NCBI RefSeq assembly: GCF_024521635.1
Contig: NW_026250407.1
Span: forward strand, 1,550,001 to 1,614,000
Length of the DNA stretch: 64,000 nt
Origin: Tricharina praecox
Lineage: Eukaryota
Reading direction: 5' to 3'
Part shown: in pieces, positions 12,561 through 25,546 of the stretch
Layout of the letters: each line of letters opens with the position of its first letter
How positions within the stretch are numbered: position 1 is the first letter of the stretch
Notes under the pieces: generated by a model
What the model saw: only the letters and a program-made list of their open reading frames with translations
What the model was told of the DNA's origin: nothing
Database searches by the model: none
Position numbers and translations under genes: made by a program

Positions 12561-13874
12561 ACTGCAGAGTAGTAGGGTCCTACCATACATAACCTATCAC
12601 TCGTGCTGGCAATCTTTCTTGTTGGAAATGGTGATGAATATGATAGTAGAGATGTATCGTATTGTGCCTATAGAAGGTGGAGAGAAAGGTAGAGAGTCTC
12701 GACTGTGTAGGAAATAGGGGGTAAAGGCCCGTGCCTTCTACCTCAACTAAGCAGACGACTGAGATATTACAACACTTGTTTGCGTGAGCCCATTAGATTA
12801 TGCATTGATATGCAATACAGCCATGGTCTACTAAGATCGAATGCTAGAATGATTAAACAAAGAAAACTTAGATCGTGCGTTTAATGTCTACATCTAAATC
12901 CAAACTCTAAAGCTTGGGTATATCACTGCTGAAGTTTGAGCATGGTATGCATACACGGCACGCCCCCGCCGCTGGACCGTTCATGGAAACGTATCTCTCT
13001 CCCGCAGGCAACCTACAGGCGGAGGGTTACAGACATGTGTATGCAAGTATGTGTGGTTGGCCGAGTAATATCCCCATGGCCAGAGTGGGCGGTTTCGGTG
13101 GGCGGTGGACGGTCTGGACCACCACCACCTGCTGAAATCCACCACGGGACTCTTCCTCTTCCTTCTTTCTTCGCAGAGGACAAAGATAGTTACCTAGTGT
13201 ATGTACATACTTCAACCGTTTGGTGGGAACATGCACCAGTACACATCTCAATCCTCTGTGGTAGGATACAGTACAGCGCGGACAACCGGTAGTAAGGAAA
13301 GACGCTCTAGTACGGAGCATGTATCGATGTGATCTAGACGTTTTTGGCTTTGGCTTTGGCTTTCAAATGCACCCGTAATAGATGCAGAGTTTGAGCAAAC
13401 CCACCGAAAATAACCGTCACAAGGTTTAAGTTCCAGTGGCTCTATATCTCATAGAATCCTGTCCAAACGACTCGACGGGGAGCTTAACCATGTACATACC
13501 AGGTATAAGGTCCTTGGTTCGTCCGCTGTCCCTTCCTTTTCCTCCATCTCTCGTACCATCCTCACCATCGCCAGCCACTCGACTCAAGCCTATCCGCACC
13601 AATCTTTCGCTCACAGCATTTCCCTCATAACACCGTGTCCACTCGTCACATTCCTCCCACACACTCACTATCTCACAATGGGTATTCCGTATTACGTTGT
13701 CCCCACCAATTCTCCCGTGCAGCAGCAGCAGGCCGCCGTTGAGCCCGAGCGCGTCAAGCCGCAGAACGTGAGTCTCACTCCTCCCCCGATGTTTGTTCGA
13801 GATGGGATACCAAGTGGAGGATACAGGAAATCCCCGGCGACATGAAGATCGTCGATATCTTCGGATTGAAACTG

Positions 13875-15840
13875 GGGATACGATACAATATGGCACAATG
13901 TAACTACGCTGGGTAATTGATGAAATGTATTTTCGCGCTCGATGACGGAGATGTAGTTGGCCTACACTCTGGAATTGCGCTGACCAGCCATCCCGACTTG
14001 AGTCTTGAACAATTACATCTCGCCGTAAGCCAGCTGCATGTATTCATCGATCTCGAATACAAGATGAATGCAACTGTCAACGGTAAGTATACTTGAGTAG
14101 TGTACATCTGGATATCATCATAATGTATCACTCACTGAGAAGAGTGATCAGTCACGAAGAAAATAACAAATTGCATGCGCTCAGGTTTGAACACCACAAT
14201 CCACTCCAATCCACTCCGATTCAACAATACACCATCCTCACAGCCCCAACTAGTAATCAAATTCAGTCCATTCAGCACCCTATCTATCTAGTATCTCCCC
14301 CAGTATCTCCCCTGTCTCCCCCCAGTATCTCCCCCTAGTATCGCCCCTAGTATCTCCCCAAACTCTTCCCCAGTATCTCCAAGTCCCAAGTTCCAAGCTC
14401 CTCCCCCACCCGCCCCACTCACAACCACTCCCGAATCTCAACCCTCAACCCCCACCCGCAGTCGCTCTCACCCCTCACCCCCCAACCCTCACCCCCCCCA
14501 TCACACCTCAACCCCCACCCACCCTCTCAACCAACCAGCCCATAAGCACCTGCCACGCACGCTCCTTCAGCTCCTCGTCGGGATCGGCGCCATCCCACTC
14601 CCCGTCCCCCTCTCCTCCGTCAGCGGCCTCCTTCGGAACAAATTCGAAGTCTTCGTCCGGAGGGTCGGGAGAGGCGGAGGCGTGGATCCACTCTTCGGTA
14701 TCGTTGCCGTTGTTGTCGTGGGCACCGCTGGGAAGTGCACGGGGAAGTGCAGGGGGGAGTGTGGAAGAACGGCGGTGGTGGTGGGTATTGGGATGTAAGT
14801 TTCGGGAGGTCGTTCCGGAGTTGGAGGCAGCGGTGGTGGATGTGGTGGTGGTGGTGGTGGTGGTGGTGGTGGTGGTGGTGGTGGTGGTGGCGGTGGAGGA
14901 GTGGGAGGTGATGGAGTGGGAGGTGACATTGACCCATTCGGTGAGGTAGACCCAGTCTGATGTGCTCCTTTCTCGCCGTTCCCGGGTTCCTCTGGCTTCT
15001 TGGGTTTCTTGGGTGTCGCGGGTATCTCGGGTGTCGCGGGTGTCTTGGGTGTCCCGCATTTCTTGGGTGTCTCGCGTCTTGTGTCGTTTGGCGTCTGGGT
15101 AATCTGACATTGTTGCGTCTGGGTAATTTGACATTATTGCTTGCTTGGAGGACTTGCTTGGACGTTCCTGGAGGGTTCTGTAGATAAAGTGATAAAGTGA
15201 TAAAGTTTATGATGTGGATGATGTAGTGTATGGTTTTTTTGAGCATTGTGCGTGAAAGGCGGAAGGTGAAATGTGGAAGAAGGAAAATGGGTGGAAGGTG
15301 GAAGCTGGGTGGAAGCTGGGTTGGGTTTTATCTTGGACGAGGGCGGGGACGAGGGGGAAGGAACATTGAAGGATGGATTGCCGGGATGGAATTGTAAGTT
15401 GTATGGCTTCGGGATTGGGTTCTACATCGAGTCTGTGTCAGGCCTTTGTAGGCGAGATGGTGAGTATTGCAGGCTTGCGAGTGAGTGAGTGTTGTGGGGG
15501 TGAGATTGAATTGGTTCCATGATCCCGCATGCGCTTCACCAGCTATCACCCTCACCGACAACTGAACTCGCCCATTCACCCACTCAGCCTAGGCGTACAT
15601 TGAGCCTCTGGACGACGCAAAAACGGGTGGAGATGCACTATAGAGTATCATGCAGCCATGCCGTTAATGATCAAATTTAGCATTCCCGAACAAAAAAAAG
15701 TCTATATTCCATCCAGCGCAGAAAACCCCATATATACAGTATCCCCAGCAATCTGCGCTTTCAGGATCCCTACATTGTATGTACACCCCTAACTTCCCTC
15801 TCCCCCTCTCCCACTCCCCCATCCGCACAGCAAGCAAGAA
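13875..15840. repeat. Segmental direct duplication, copy B; carries about 260 bp of extra sequence at about 15387-15650
   Basis: Collinear with 11030-12560. Confidence 0.92.
14508..15134 (-). CDS. Orphan acidic, low-complexity protein, paralog B (208 aa, poly-Thr tract)
   Basis: Intact ORF; indels relative to paralog A preserve the frame. Confidence 0.7.
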   Translation of the reverse strand: MSNYPDATMSDYPDAKRHKTRDTQEMRDTQDTRDTRDTRDTQETQEARGTRERRERSTSDWVYLTEWVNVTSHSITSHSSTATTTTTTTTTTTTTTTTSTTAASNSGTTSRNLHPNTHHHRRSSTLPPALPRALPSGAHDNNGNDTEEWIHASASPDPPDEDFEFVPKEAADGGEGDGEWDGADPDEELKERAWQVLMGWLVERVGGG

Positions 15841-15842
15841 GC

Positions 15843-17317
15843 CTAGACCTTCTCCCCCTCTCCCGCCCATTCCCCCACCGCCCCCTCTCCCGCCCATTTC
15901 CTCGGCGGCACCCTTGGCGGCCCACCCGGCAACGGCACGAGCGTGAGCACCTCTCCGCCCCTCCACGCGCACGCCGCCGCCGCTGGCTGCGGCACCGCGA
16001 TCCCGATCCCAGCGGCCTTCCACGTCGTCGGCAAGCGCGGACTACCTGGCGACGCCGGCTCCTCTCCCGCGCTCCAAGTCCCGCCCGCGGCGGCGAGGTC
16101 GGTGCGCCATTCTTCCACTTCAGCCTGCGCATCTATCAGTCACTGGTGCAGCCTGCGGGGGTGGGTGGGGGAAGGGGTGGGGGGAGGGGGGAGGGGGGAT
16201 GGGGGGGAGCAACCTGGCTTTCCAGCCGCTCGTTCCGTGTGAGGCTGCCGAAGCTGTCCTGTCCCGTGACGGGCATGCGGATGCGGCGTCCTGCCTCGGA
16301 GGGGTGGGGTACCTGCTGGTGGTCGATATACGAGCGCCGGCGGTTGCGGACCGTGTGCATGAAGCTGTTGAATACTGGCGCGTTGGCGACGAAGCACGCT
16401 GTCATCACCTCTGTTCTCGCGATCAGTGTTGGTGAAGGGCAAATGAGGGCCGGGGGGAGGGAGGGGAAGGGGGGAGGTACCGATCGACGCCCAGAGGGTG
16501 CGGGACTTCTGCGCTACGCCGTTGCCGACGATTATGGGCATCCGGATCACCGTGATGCTGATCACGAAGAAGCTTACGCAGAAAAGCAGTGCGAGCTGCA
16601 CTTTGCGGAAGACGGGCAGCCGCACCCGGAAGATCAGTGGCAGCGGGATGACCATCAGGCAGATGTCTGTTGTGCTACGGAAAGATCAGTCGGTGGACTA
16701 CGGAAGCCTGAAGGGTGGGAGAAGGCTCCGTACATGTTGAGCGCTCCCATGGTCATCAGCTGAGCCTGCGCCTTCACGCAGCTGCCGGGGTCGGGCCACG
16801 CCTGCCAGTAGAGCTTGAACGGACGACACTCGAGCAGGCTGCTAAGCACGACGCCGACAAACGACGCAGCGACGAGCACATACGCCACCTTTATCGCCCT
16901 GCCATACGGATGTGTCTTTCCCGTGACCTTCTCGAGCCAGATGAGTATGCAGACCTTCATGCACCAGAGGAAACCCGCGTAGCAGATCCTGCCAGGCAGT
17001 ATCATCCTCGAGCCGAACCTGCGACGCTCGATCTCGTCGGGCGCCATGCGGTCGAGCGGGTGCAGCTCGCGGTCGAAGTGCACGGTGAAGTTGACGAGCG
17101 TCGAGTGTGTGCACGCGAGCCGCGTCAGCAGCGGAACCATCGCGAACGCCATCCAGAGGTCTTCGGTGAAGAATGGTTCGTTGCGCCGGTACCGCCACGA
17201 TAGCCGCGTTGCGATCACGAGCAAAGCGACGAAGGTGAACGCCCACAGCGTGGCGAGCGTCGTTGCGTCGTAGGACTCGGGCGATGCACTGCGTTTGTGC
17301 GGCGTGGAGGTGTCCAT
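15843..17317 (-). CDS. PTH11-like integral membrane protein (fungal rhodopsin domain, no CFEM); 4 exons
   Basis: Seven hydrophobic segments; motifs EDLWMAFA, LWCMKVCIL, LECRPFKLYW, NITTDICLMVIPLPLI, WASIEVMTACFVANAP. Introns 16675-16733, 16411-16480 and 16125-16213. Confidence 0.9.
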
Positions 17318-19824
17318 GGATCGATGGTTCCTGGAGAGGTTTATGGACGGGTCGACGGGTCGGGCAGGCTTTCATTCGTTCATTCGAGGCTTTCTTTCGG
17401 TCGCGGAGGGGTGGGGTGGGGTGGGATTGAATCGGAGGAGGGTGAGGGTTGGCCGTGGGAAGAACATAGGGAAACGAGGAGTGAGACAGAATGCTCGCCT
17501 TGAATCCTCAATGGGGTCTGGTCTTGTGCTGGGTGGGTGGTGCAGCACAAGCAGCCGAAAGCAGGTGCACGGCAACATTCCATTCTTAAGCTGCTGGGGA
17601 AATTTCGAGAAATTCCGATCCGAGGGACAGCACAGAGGGATGCAGGGGCGAAGACTCAAGAGCAGAAGATACCGATACATATCGCCGCTTGCATCGTTGC
17701 CCGCTGACGCCGGATTTGCACTTGGACCCCGCGCATGCAGACGCCTGATCAATCGTTTGTATTTGTGTGTGTGGGGGACTTCTGTCCGGTGCCATGGATG
17801 GGACATCCCAGTCCTCCGCCCGGAAAACCCCCTTCTCGGAAAAGAAAAAGACGCCTCTTCTTCACTTGCCGCATCGTCTGATAGGCTTACTTCAGGTGCG
17901 CCTTCTGTTTGCGGGGGTAGGGTGGATATTCACCGGGTTCTGGAACGAAAGCCGTTTGTACGATGGTCCGAAATCACAGCGGTCACTCGATCGGCAGGGT
18001 CTTTGGCACGTGTTACTCTGCAGTGTTACCGTGTTACAGTGTTACTAAGCGGAAGGACTGGCGACCTGGACAGTGGCGCACCCAGTACCGGCATGTCCCG
18101 TCATTTGGTCTCCAATCATGGCCCGTGACAGTGTGCACACATGTTCAGATGTTCATTCGCCATGCTGGTGTCCGTCAGAAACGTCAGCACTAGTTGACCA
18201 AGTACCTATTGGAGCAGACTACCGTAACTACGGGCGGCCACGAACGTCAACGGAAGCGACGCGGAGGCTGGAGGTTACTCTAGTTATGGGTAGCAGCGTG
18301 TCACGGGAAATTCTCGGCACGGGAACGTCTCACGTAGCGTAGCTGCGTAGCGGAGGTAACGGGGTGCAGTCCAGTCTGGTAGGTACACACTGTAACCGTG
18401 CCATGCATACAGTCTGCGGACACTCAACCTCCGACGACGCAACGAATGCGCGGCACCTTCATCACTCCCCCTGACACCTGCGATTCTGGTGCCAACGTGT
18501 CCGCCGGCATGGAGCACAACACAAACGAGGAGATCGCCGGGCGTCGCACAGCACTGGTGGTGTGGTGGGGAAGGGGGGGATGGAACCCAAGTACCGGTAC
18601 TCGGTATGTGTGAGGTAGAGTATGTACGACATCTGGATGTCTGTCTGTCTGTCTGGCCAGGTCAGGTACCCGCGCAGTTTTGCGTTGCATGCATGCATAT
18701 AGGGAGGTGGTATATTCCGGGTACATGTGCGAAGGAGCGGGGGAACCAACCGAGTGCGGTGACCCGTGAGACCGTGGGGTCGGGCGATCCCATACCCATC
18801 GGTCCCGCTCCGGCCTCTGGCCAATCAGCGGCCGGAGATTCGAGCGTGTGAGGGGGTGAGCGAGCGAGCGAGTGCGATGTTGTGCAAACGGCTGTGGATG
18901 GGATGTGAGGGGGTGTGATGTTGCTCAAGCCACATTGGCCGGCGCCGGCCAACCCGGGAGAAACAACTTGCTGATATGAAACAGCTCCGAGTCAGCGGCG
19001 TGGAACAACGGTAAACACCGTTCGTTCTATGTGGCGTATGTACAACGGTACAAGTGGGAGGCCTTGAGTCGTGGCCACGCCCTTTAGTTTTACGGGCGAC
19101 TAGTCGGGCTGCGGCGAAATGAGTGAGATTTTATGTGATTTGGAGTGGAGAGCAAAGCCTTCGCACTTGAGGCGGAATGGAGGTGGTCACGACATACCTT
19201 TGCACCTTGTACACACGGTACTTGCTGACAGCGCCGGTAACTAGCCTCGAGCCTAGCCGGATGGAATACGGGATGGAATACGGTACGCAGGGAAGACAGC
19301 TGCGCTACATACTAGCACCATTCTCACCCGAGACACCGAGAGCCAAGAGACGTTGTATGTTGAGCATACGGGACCGGGGAGTCGGGGACCGAACGCTTCC
19401 CGTCACCATCACAGATTCACCACGGTCCACCACCTGGGTACTTGGTTGACTGCCAATTCCAAATTTCCCATCACATCCGGATGCAACCACAGGTAGTAGG
19501 CCAGCGTCTCTCAGACTCCCACCTATCGTCGCGCGGTCCGGACAAAGTGCACATTCCTCGCTATCCTCAAGGCTCCAGCCACCACAGCCAGCCACCACAG
19601 CCACCCCTTTCGCGCACAAAGCAACCGAGGAAAGAAGCGTTATCCCCCACCCATGCGTCCCTTCATCGCAACTTGCAAGAGCCTAGAGGCATTCGATACG
19701 GCGATCACTGAGGAATGTGACATGATCTACATACCCATTTCATTTCTGCCGGGTAGAGGTGAGGTAAGGTGCGCAGGAGAAAGGCCGGAGGGGAAATGTG
19801 GCCGGATCCGTAGCGGGGGATTAG

Positions 19825-20140
19825 CTTCATAGAATCTCTCTCGCTCGCTGTCCTTCGTATGCATATTCGTATGGTACTCCGTGGCGAACACTGTCTGCTT
19901 ACTGTTTGAAAACTCGCATATGTATCGTATCCATGATCCATCTCGTGGAGCTGGAGGAGGAGGAGGAGGAAAGGGCATGCAGTTGGCGCACATATCAGGT
20001 GTGGAACAACGCTGGTTGCGTGGAATTCACTTCATGGAATATATCTCGCTGTCCTTCGTATGATGCTCCGCGTCGACCACTGTCTGGGTATCTACTTTGA
20101 AAACCGCGCATGTCATATCCATATCCATCTTGTAGAGCTG
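19825..20140. repeat. Short diverged direct repeat (about 110-130 bp, at 19825 and 20030)
   Basis: cttcat..tcgctgtccttcgtatg...cactgtctg...tttgaaaac...atccatct.gt.gagctg occurs in both copies. Confidence 0.7.
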
Positions 20141-21374
20141 TCGGGGAAATCCGCATCACCTGCCACAAGTGTACCTATCCTCACTCTGTACATACATCTA
20201 TCCCGAGTGACGGATATCAAATGGTAGAGCGTAACTGTTCGTATTGTGGGTTTCCGTCAACATCAGACGCATTGTGGCGGCAGTGGTCCGGTCCGTCGGA
20301 GGTTCTCTCAGCGGGCTGGCTGTTTGTTTTGGTTTGTTTTGTTTTGTTTTGATTGCTTCGGCATTGCTGCATGCGTCCAGAACTGGTCATGGTAAAACGT
20401 GAATGGGCATCGCGTTACATCGTAGCCCTCGCTGTGCGTGACTGTCTTCGGGTCAGACCCCACACGCACAACACACACCACCCTTCCTCTCTCACCCTTT
20501 TGCCTTTCTATCTTTCCTTCTCTCCTTTTGTTCATCCCACCCTACACCTTCCTCCTTACTTCCATTCTCTCATTCCCTCCCAGCCCTCCGGGGCATATAT
20601 CACCCACACTACCCATGCCCTTGTGGCAGTACCCGCGCCCAATAAGTACAATGCCAAACCTCAACTTAGACCCAAAAGAACCACTCAAACGATTGACGCA
20701 TCTCCTCACCACCATCATCCCACTCTCTCTTCCCCACCATCCTCCCCCTCAAGTCTGCCGAACAACAACGACAATGCCAAACCTCAAATTAGATGAGTCG
20801 GACAGCTCTTCAGAGGTGTCTTCCGTGGGTGGCCTGCTGTAAGCTCCCTGTCCCTTTAACATTGTGAACCCAGCTGCGCCAGAAGACCATGCTGACCTAC
20901 CCAGAATGGACCCCGCCACGACTTCGAGAACCTCTTCAGGATGGGCCTCGGCCCCCTGGGGTATGTCTGCTGCTTCCTCCCTCGCGCAACATTGGTTGAT
21001 GATCATGCTGATGGAATTCACAGGAGGCGGCTCGCAGGGCAGAGAAGGGCTACGCTCAGCTCAATGATCTCCCAGCAGCTTCGGCGCAGAGCATGAAACT
21101 ATCATTATGATCGGCAACCAACTGGATCACGGGCTTTGGTCGCACCATCGTCCGTGTCATGTACGGACTCGGTCTAGTTGTGGCGGTTCATCCGGAAAAT
21201 CCAGCGATCCGTTTCACCTTTCATCTCTTCCCATTCCACCAACAAACGACTCAATATTCGCTACACCAACTCCGACTTCGTACACGAGCCCTCCGCAAGC
21301 GAAGAAGATGTACGGCAGCAAGCTACGCTGGCACAAACATCATCTACGGATGATGAACCCTGTGGGGGAAGGAG

Positions 21375-21585
21375 GAGGATGAAAAGGAGAAGATGACCGA
21401 CGAGAAGAAAGAAAACGCAGAGGAGGAGGAGGAGAACGAGGAAGAGGAGGAGGAGAACGAGGAGAACGAGGAAGAGGAGGAGGAGGAGGAGAACAAGGAG
21501 AACGAGGAAGAGGAGGAGGAGGATGAAAAGAAGAAGATGACGGAAGAGAAGAAAGAAAATGCAGAGGAAAATGAGAAGGAGAAAT
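21375..21585. repeat. Purine-rich GAG/GAA/GAGAAC low-complexity tandem tract
   Basis: gaggaggagaacgaggaagaggag units; aagatgac(c/g)ga..agaagaaagaaaa(c/t)gcag repeated at 21390 and 21533, with a diverged copy near 21670. Confidence 0.85.
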
Positions 21586-22065
21586 CAATTTTGTTCTGTT
21601 TTTTTTTGTTGTGTTCATTCATTGATTGCATGCGAGCTATATGTAGATCATTGGAGGATGAAAAAGAGAAGATAACCGAAGAGGACAAAGAAAACGCAGG
21701 GACAGCAAGTTGGGGGGCTGAAGATGAAGGATTTGAGGGAAGAGATTGCAGAACATATGCGGAGTGATTACAACTTGTACTTGGATAGCCATCGGCAGTA
21801 TAAAATAAAAAAAAGCACTACTTTTCTACTCAGACTCGACCTCCTCCGATTCCACCGCATTTCTAGTTTGATGATTTTTCCGACTTAGAAAGCATGTGGC
21901 TTTGACGCCGCATCATGCGTGCAGATTGTTGTGATCGATCGGCAGTACTCAGCTCCCTCCTACTACATACCAATACCGATGGGATCTTTGTTGTTTGTGT
22001 GTACTGTAATTGCTCCTGCGGTGGTGAGATGGAACTTGGAAGGTTAGGTCCGGAGTACTAGTTGG

Positions 22066-22104
22066 GACGGTTGGACGGTTGGACGGTTGGACGGTTGGAC
22101 GGTT
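22066..22104. repeat. 8-bp microsatellite (ggacggtt)x5
   Basis: Directly visible. Confidence 0.9.
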
Positions 22105-24713
22105 CTTGTGGGCGTGAATTGTGATTGTCTCTTCTTCCACCTTCTTCTGATGTACGTATATGGAATAGAAAAGAATAGAACAGAGTAGAGCACCCGGAGG
22201 CTGGCCTAAGCTCGCCGCTCGACACGGCTCGACAGAACCCACTGCAGTTTCAGTTTGATAATCAGCTCAACATTAAACCTATTGCTCCTTTTGTTTGTTT
22301 GTTCTTACCACTGCACAGGTCCATTCATAGCAGCTCGCAGCTGGCCAATCGGCAAGCAGAGCGAGGTATGTACCTTCAATGATCAATCCCGTCCCTCGCC
22401 CACGCCCCATCACATCCCCTCCGAGTCTCCGACATCGTCGTCGTACCTCGTCCCAGCTGCTCGCCCGTAGGCTGTAGGCTGTGAGGTGAGGCACTGCCGC
22501 ACTGAGGCGGGCGGGTGACGCTCCGGTACCCGTATGTACTATGTAGTAAGTACTTACCTATGTAGGTAGGGCGGAAATTGGCATTCTCGACTTGAAGTAG
22601 TAAAGGTCGGTGGAGGAGGTTCGTGGGTGGGGAGGGGAAGTCTTGAGACTTGAGTTTCGGCGAAACGATTCACCGACTCTAGCAGAGGCCGCCACGTATC
22701 ATACTCCTTGACGGTAACTTGGTAAGCCCAAAGTCTGCAAGTTTGGATCTGTCGCCAGCCTCCTTCAGATACCCAAGTACCAACCGTATATATATTACTG
22801 GTCCCGCCCGCACGATATTCGTGATTCATGGCTAATCACTCACCACCCAGTGCTCCAGCCTCCAGCCTCCAGCCTCCGGTCCTGGATCTTCTGTGAAGGG
22901 GAAGTAAAAGAAGAAGTTAGAACGTCGCATGTGATACTATTACACAGATATATACAAAGTCAAGAGTCAAGACGTGAGCGGTAAGGATATCATGCAAGTG
23001 CAACTCGTGAAGCCCCTGACAGGCTGGCCCGTAAGTTGTCGCACCCAACGTTCCAGGGAGCTCAAGCCTCAGAGGCCCTAATGACCGAAAGCACTCACTC
23101 ACTCGCCAGTCGCCAGTCGCTAGCACTTTGACTGTTTGACAGCATACCGGTACTGAGCCTTACGCCCTTACTTCTATCACACCCACCACTCCACGACTGG
23201 TCCAACCTTCGACACCGAGCCTTCTCGTCTCGTTGAAATTCGTGATTCGTCCCCCATCCAATGACTCCAGTCCTCGCAATGTCGTACCCAGTATGTAGTC
23301 AAACCCGATGCGGAAGATGTCATTATTCAAATTTCATACATATCACGATTCACAAGCGGATGGGCCGGGAGATGGTGAGTGATGACATTCCGATCAGACA
23401 GCCTTGCAGTTCCTAACTCTTCAGATCATAGGATAGTAGGATAGTGGGATAGTAGGATGATGGATCTGGATCCTCGCTAAACAGTATTCGCGTCTTTCTA
23501 GAGGCTAGAGCTTGCATCCGGTTGAACTTTGGTCTCGTAGAGTCGTAGACACTAGAGTCGTAGTGAATAGAACTTCACGCTGGAAGGAAAATTCCGATGT
23601 ATACTTGGCAACTACTCGAGGTTCGAGAAGAGCAGTCGTATATTCACTACCTACCTGTGGACTTGCGTACTCCGCTGTGTTCGAACTTCGGAAGTGAAGC
23701 TCTGCTACCGGCAAGGGTTGGTGAAGCTCACCAGGCTGCAGCTTTGCACAGGGTATCACTCGCCCAGCATCTCCATCTTCCCAGCTTTTCCGACTGACAC
23801 GGCAGAGTTTAGCCACCACTAATATCTCCACGTTACCATGTAAGGTCTTTCTACACGGCTGGGCTCGAAATCTTGGCGAAGTTGAACGGATTTCAATAAT
23901 GAGCGAGTGAGAGTTCATGCTCACGCATATACAGTAGATACAGACGTTGAGCCCCGCGGCTTGGAAGTTGGAGTCGCTCTGCAAGGCTTGAATTTGAATT
24001 ATGTAGAGCCTATCGGCGTTAACTAGACTACCTGGGCCAGCGACTCGGCGTGCGGTCGGGACTCGGGAGGTCTTGGCCGTAGCCCTGGACTGGAGTGGAT
24101 CCCTGGAAAATCCCGTATGATGCCGTATCCGGTGCGGGGGGAAAAACAAAGGAAGAAAAAGGAAACACTTGCAAGGACGCATTTGGCTACTAGCTAGATA
24201 CCTAACTATTTATGCTGCCGCATCCCGAGGGCGGGAGTCGGGACCCGATAGCAGGGGGCGGGTGGGTAAGTATGTGAGGAACCGTGGGGATCCGATGAGG
24301 GGATTCCCGGGACCCCGCATTTGATGATTATGGTAGGTATTCTGCACCCGAAGCTTATCCACCGCCGAATGGATTGTCGATCTGCCTCGTGCCATCATCC
24401 AGCGGGGCGGATACGGTGTGAATTAAGGTACGGTAGCAATACGGCATGCCGGGCACAGCAAAAGCAAGAAGCGAGGTTCGATAAGGCCATAGAATACTAG
24501 TAGTTATAACTTATTGGCATTAACTATCGCGAACTATAACCCCGCACAAGATGTCGCTATCCAAAGCCATCCATCCACATCGCTCCTGCTAGTTACTTAG
24601 GAGAACAACCGCAAGCAAGCAAAAAAGAAAATAGAAAACCAGAACCCAGCGCTTCTCTATGTAATTGTGTACACCGTAGCCGAAAACCAAGAATCAGGAA
24701 CAGAAGAAACAAA

Positions 24714-24778
24714 AAACAATATGTACCGCCCACCGCCAAACAATATGTACCGCCCACCGCCAAACAATATGTACCGCC
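24714..24778. repeat. 24-bp tandem repeat (aaacaatatgtaccgcccaccgcc) x about 2.7
   Basis: Directly visible. Confidence 0.85.
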
Positions 24779-24814
24779 GGTATTGCAATCGACATCGGCA
24801 TCGGGCATCTCCAT

Positions 24815-25546
24815 CTACCTCCTCGCGCCAGCAGCCTTGATAGCCTCCAATTCGCGCAGCAGCTCGTCGCGCGGATCGACACGGTGGACCGGCTTCGGTT
24901 TCGAGAACGAAGAGATCTCGCCGTCTAGGCGCCGCACGCCATTATGCCTCGTCTTGATCGCCAGCATTATCGCCATTCGCTTCCAGTTCCTGCAAAAACA
25001 CACACGCGGAAACGCCGCTTGTCGTTAGTTACCTAGTTGGTGAACGAGATAGCTCCGGGGTTTTGCAGGGGTGGGTTGTGGGATGGGATGGATGGGATGG
25101 ATGGGATGCGATGGGTTGTGGGATGGGATGTGATGTGTGCGTCCGGGGTGGGGAGGGGACGGGGGCGCAACGCACGCTTCCTCCAGCACGCGCTTCATGC
25201 ACTTCGGCGCCATGACACTTCCCTTCCCAGCGTTCCCAGCGTTCCCACCCCTCTCCCTCTCACCCGTCCCCACCGTGCCGACGTTCCCCGCCAGACTCGT
25301 CTGCCACTCCTCCTCCTCCGACTCGCTGTTGCCCTCCGCCGCCGCCGCCGCCGCCGCCTCCGCCGCCGCCGCCGCGGCTCCGAGCTGCTTGCACGCGGCC
25401 GCTACGTGGTCGTTCGAACACTTCTCGTGGTACTTCCATGGCGCCGGCGGCGCGCGCGTCGTCCGCGGAACGGCGTCGCTGCTGTCCGACGATGGGACGT
25501 ACTCGGATTCGGCGGAGGTGCCGGGCTGATAAGGCGCGCGAGGCAT
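24815..25546 (-). CDS. Hypothetical protein, 2 exons, with poly-Ala tract
   Basis: gccATG start; intron about 24990-25175 (GTGCGT...actaac...tgcag) joins ...VLEEA to NWKRMAIMLAIKTRHNGVRR... in frame; GC-rich codons. Confidence 0.5.

Noticed and set aside
17295..18128. 277-aa plus-strand ORF
   Set aside because: GTG start, no domain, no codon bias; it overlaps the start and promoter region of the PTH11-like gene on the opposite strand.
20110..20352. CxxC motifs (CHKC, CSYC) suggestive of a zinc finger
   Set aside because: Ligand spacing does not fit a known finger and the region is part of a decayed repeat.
21393..21767. Glu-rich ORF and upstream fragments at 20.6-21.4 kb
   Set aside because: The open frame is explained by a GAG/GAA microsatellite; I could not build a consistent gene model.
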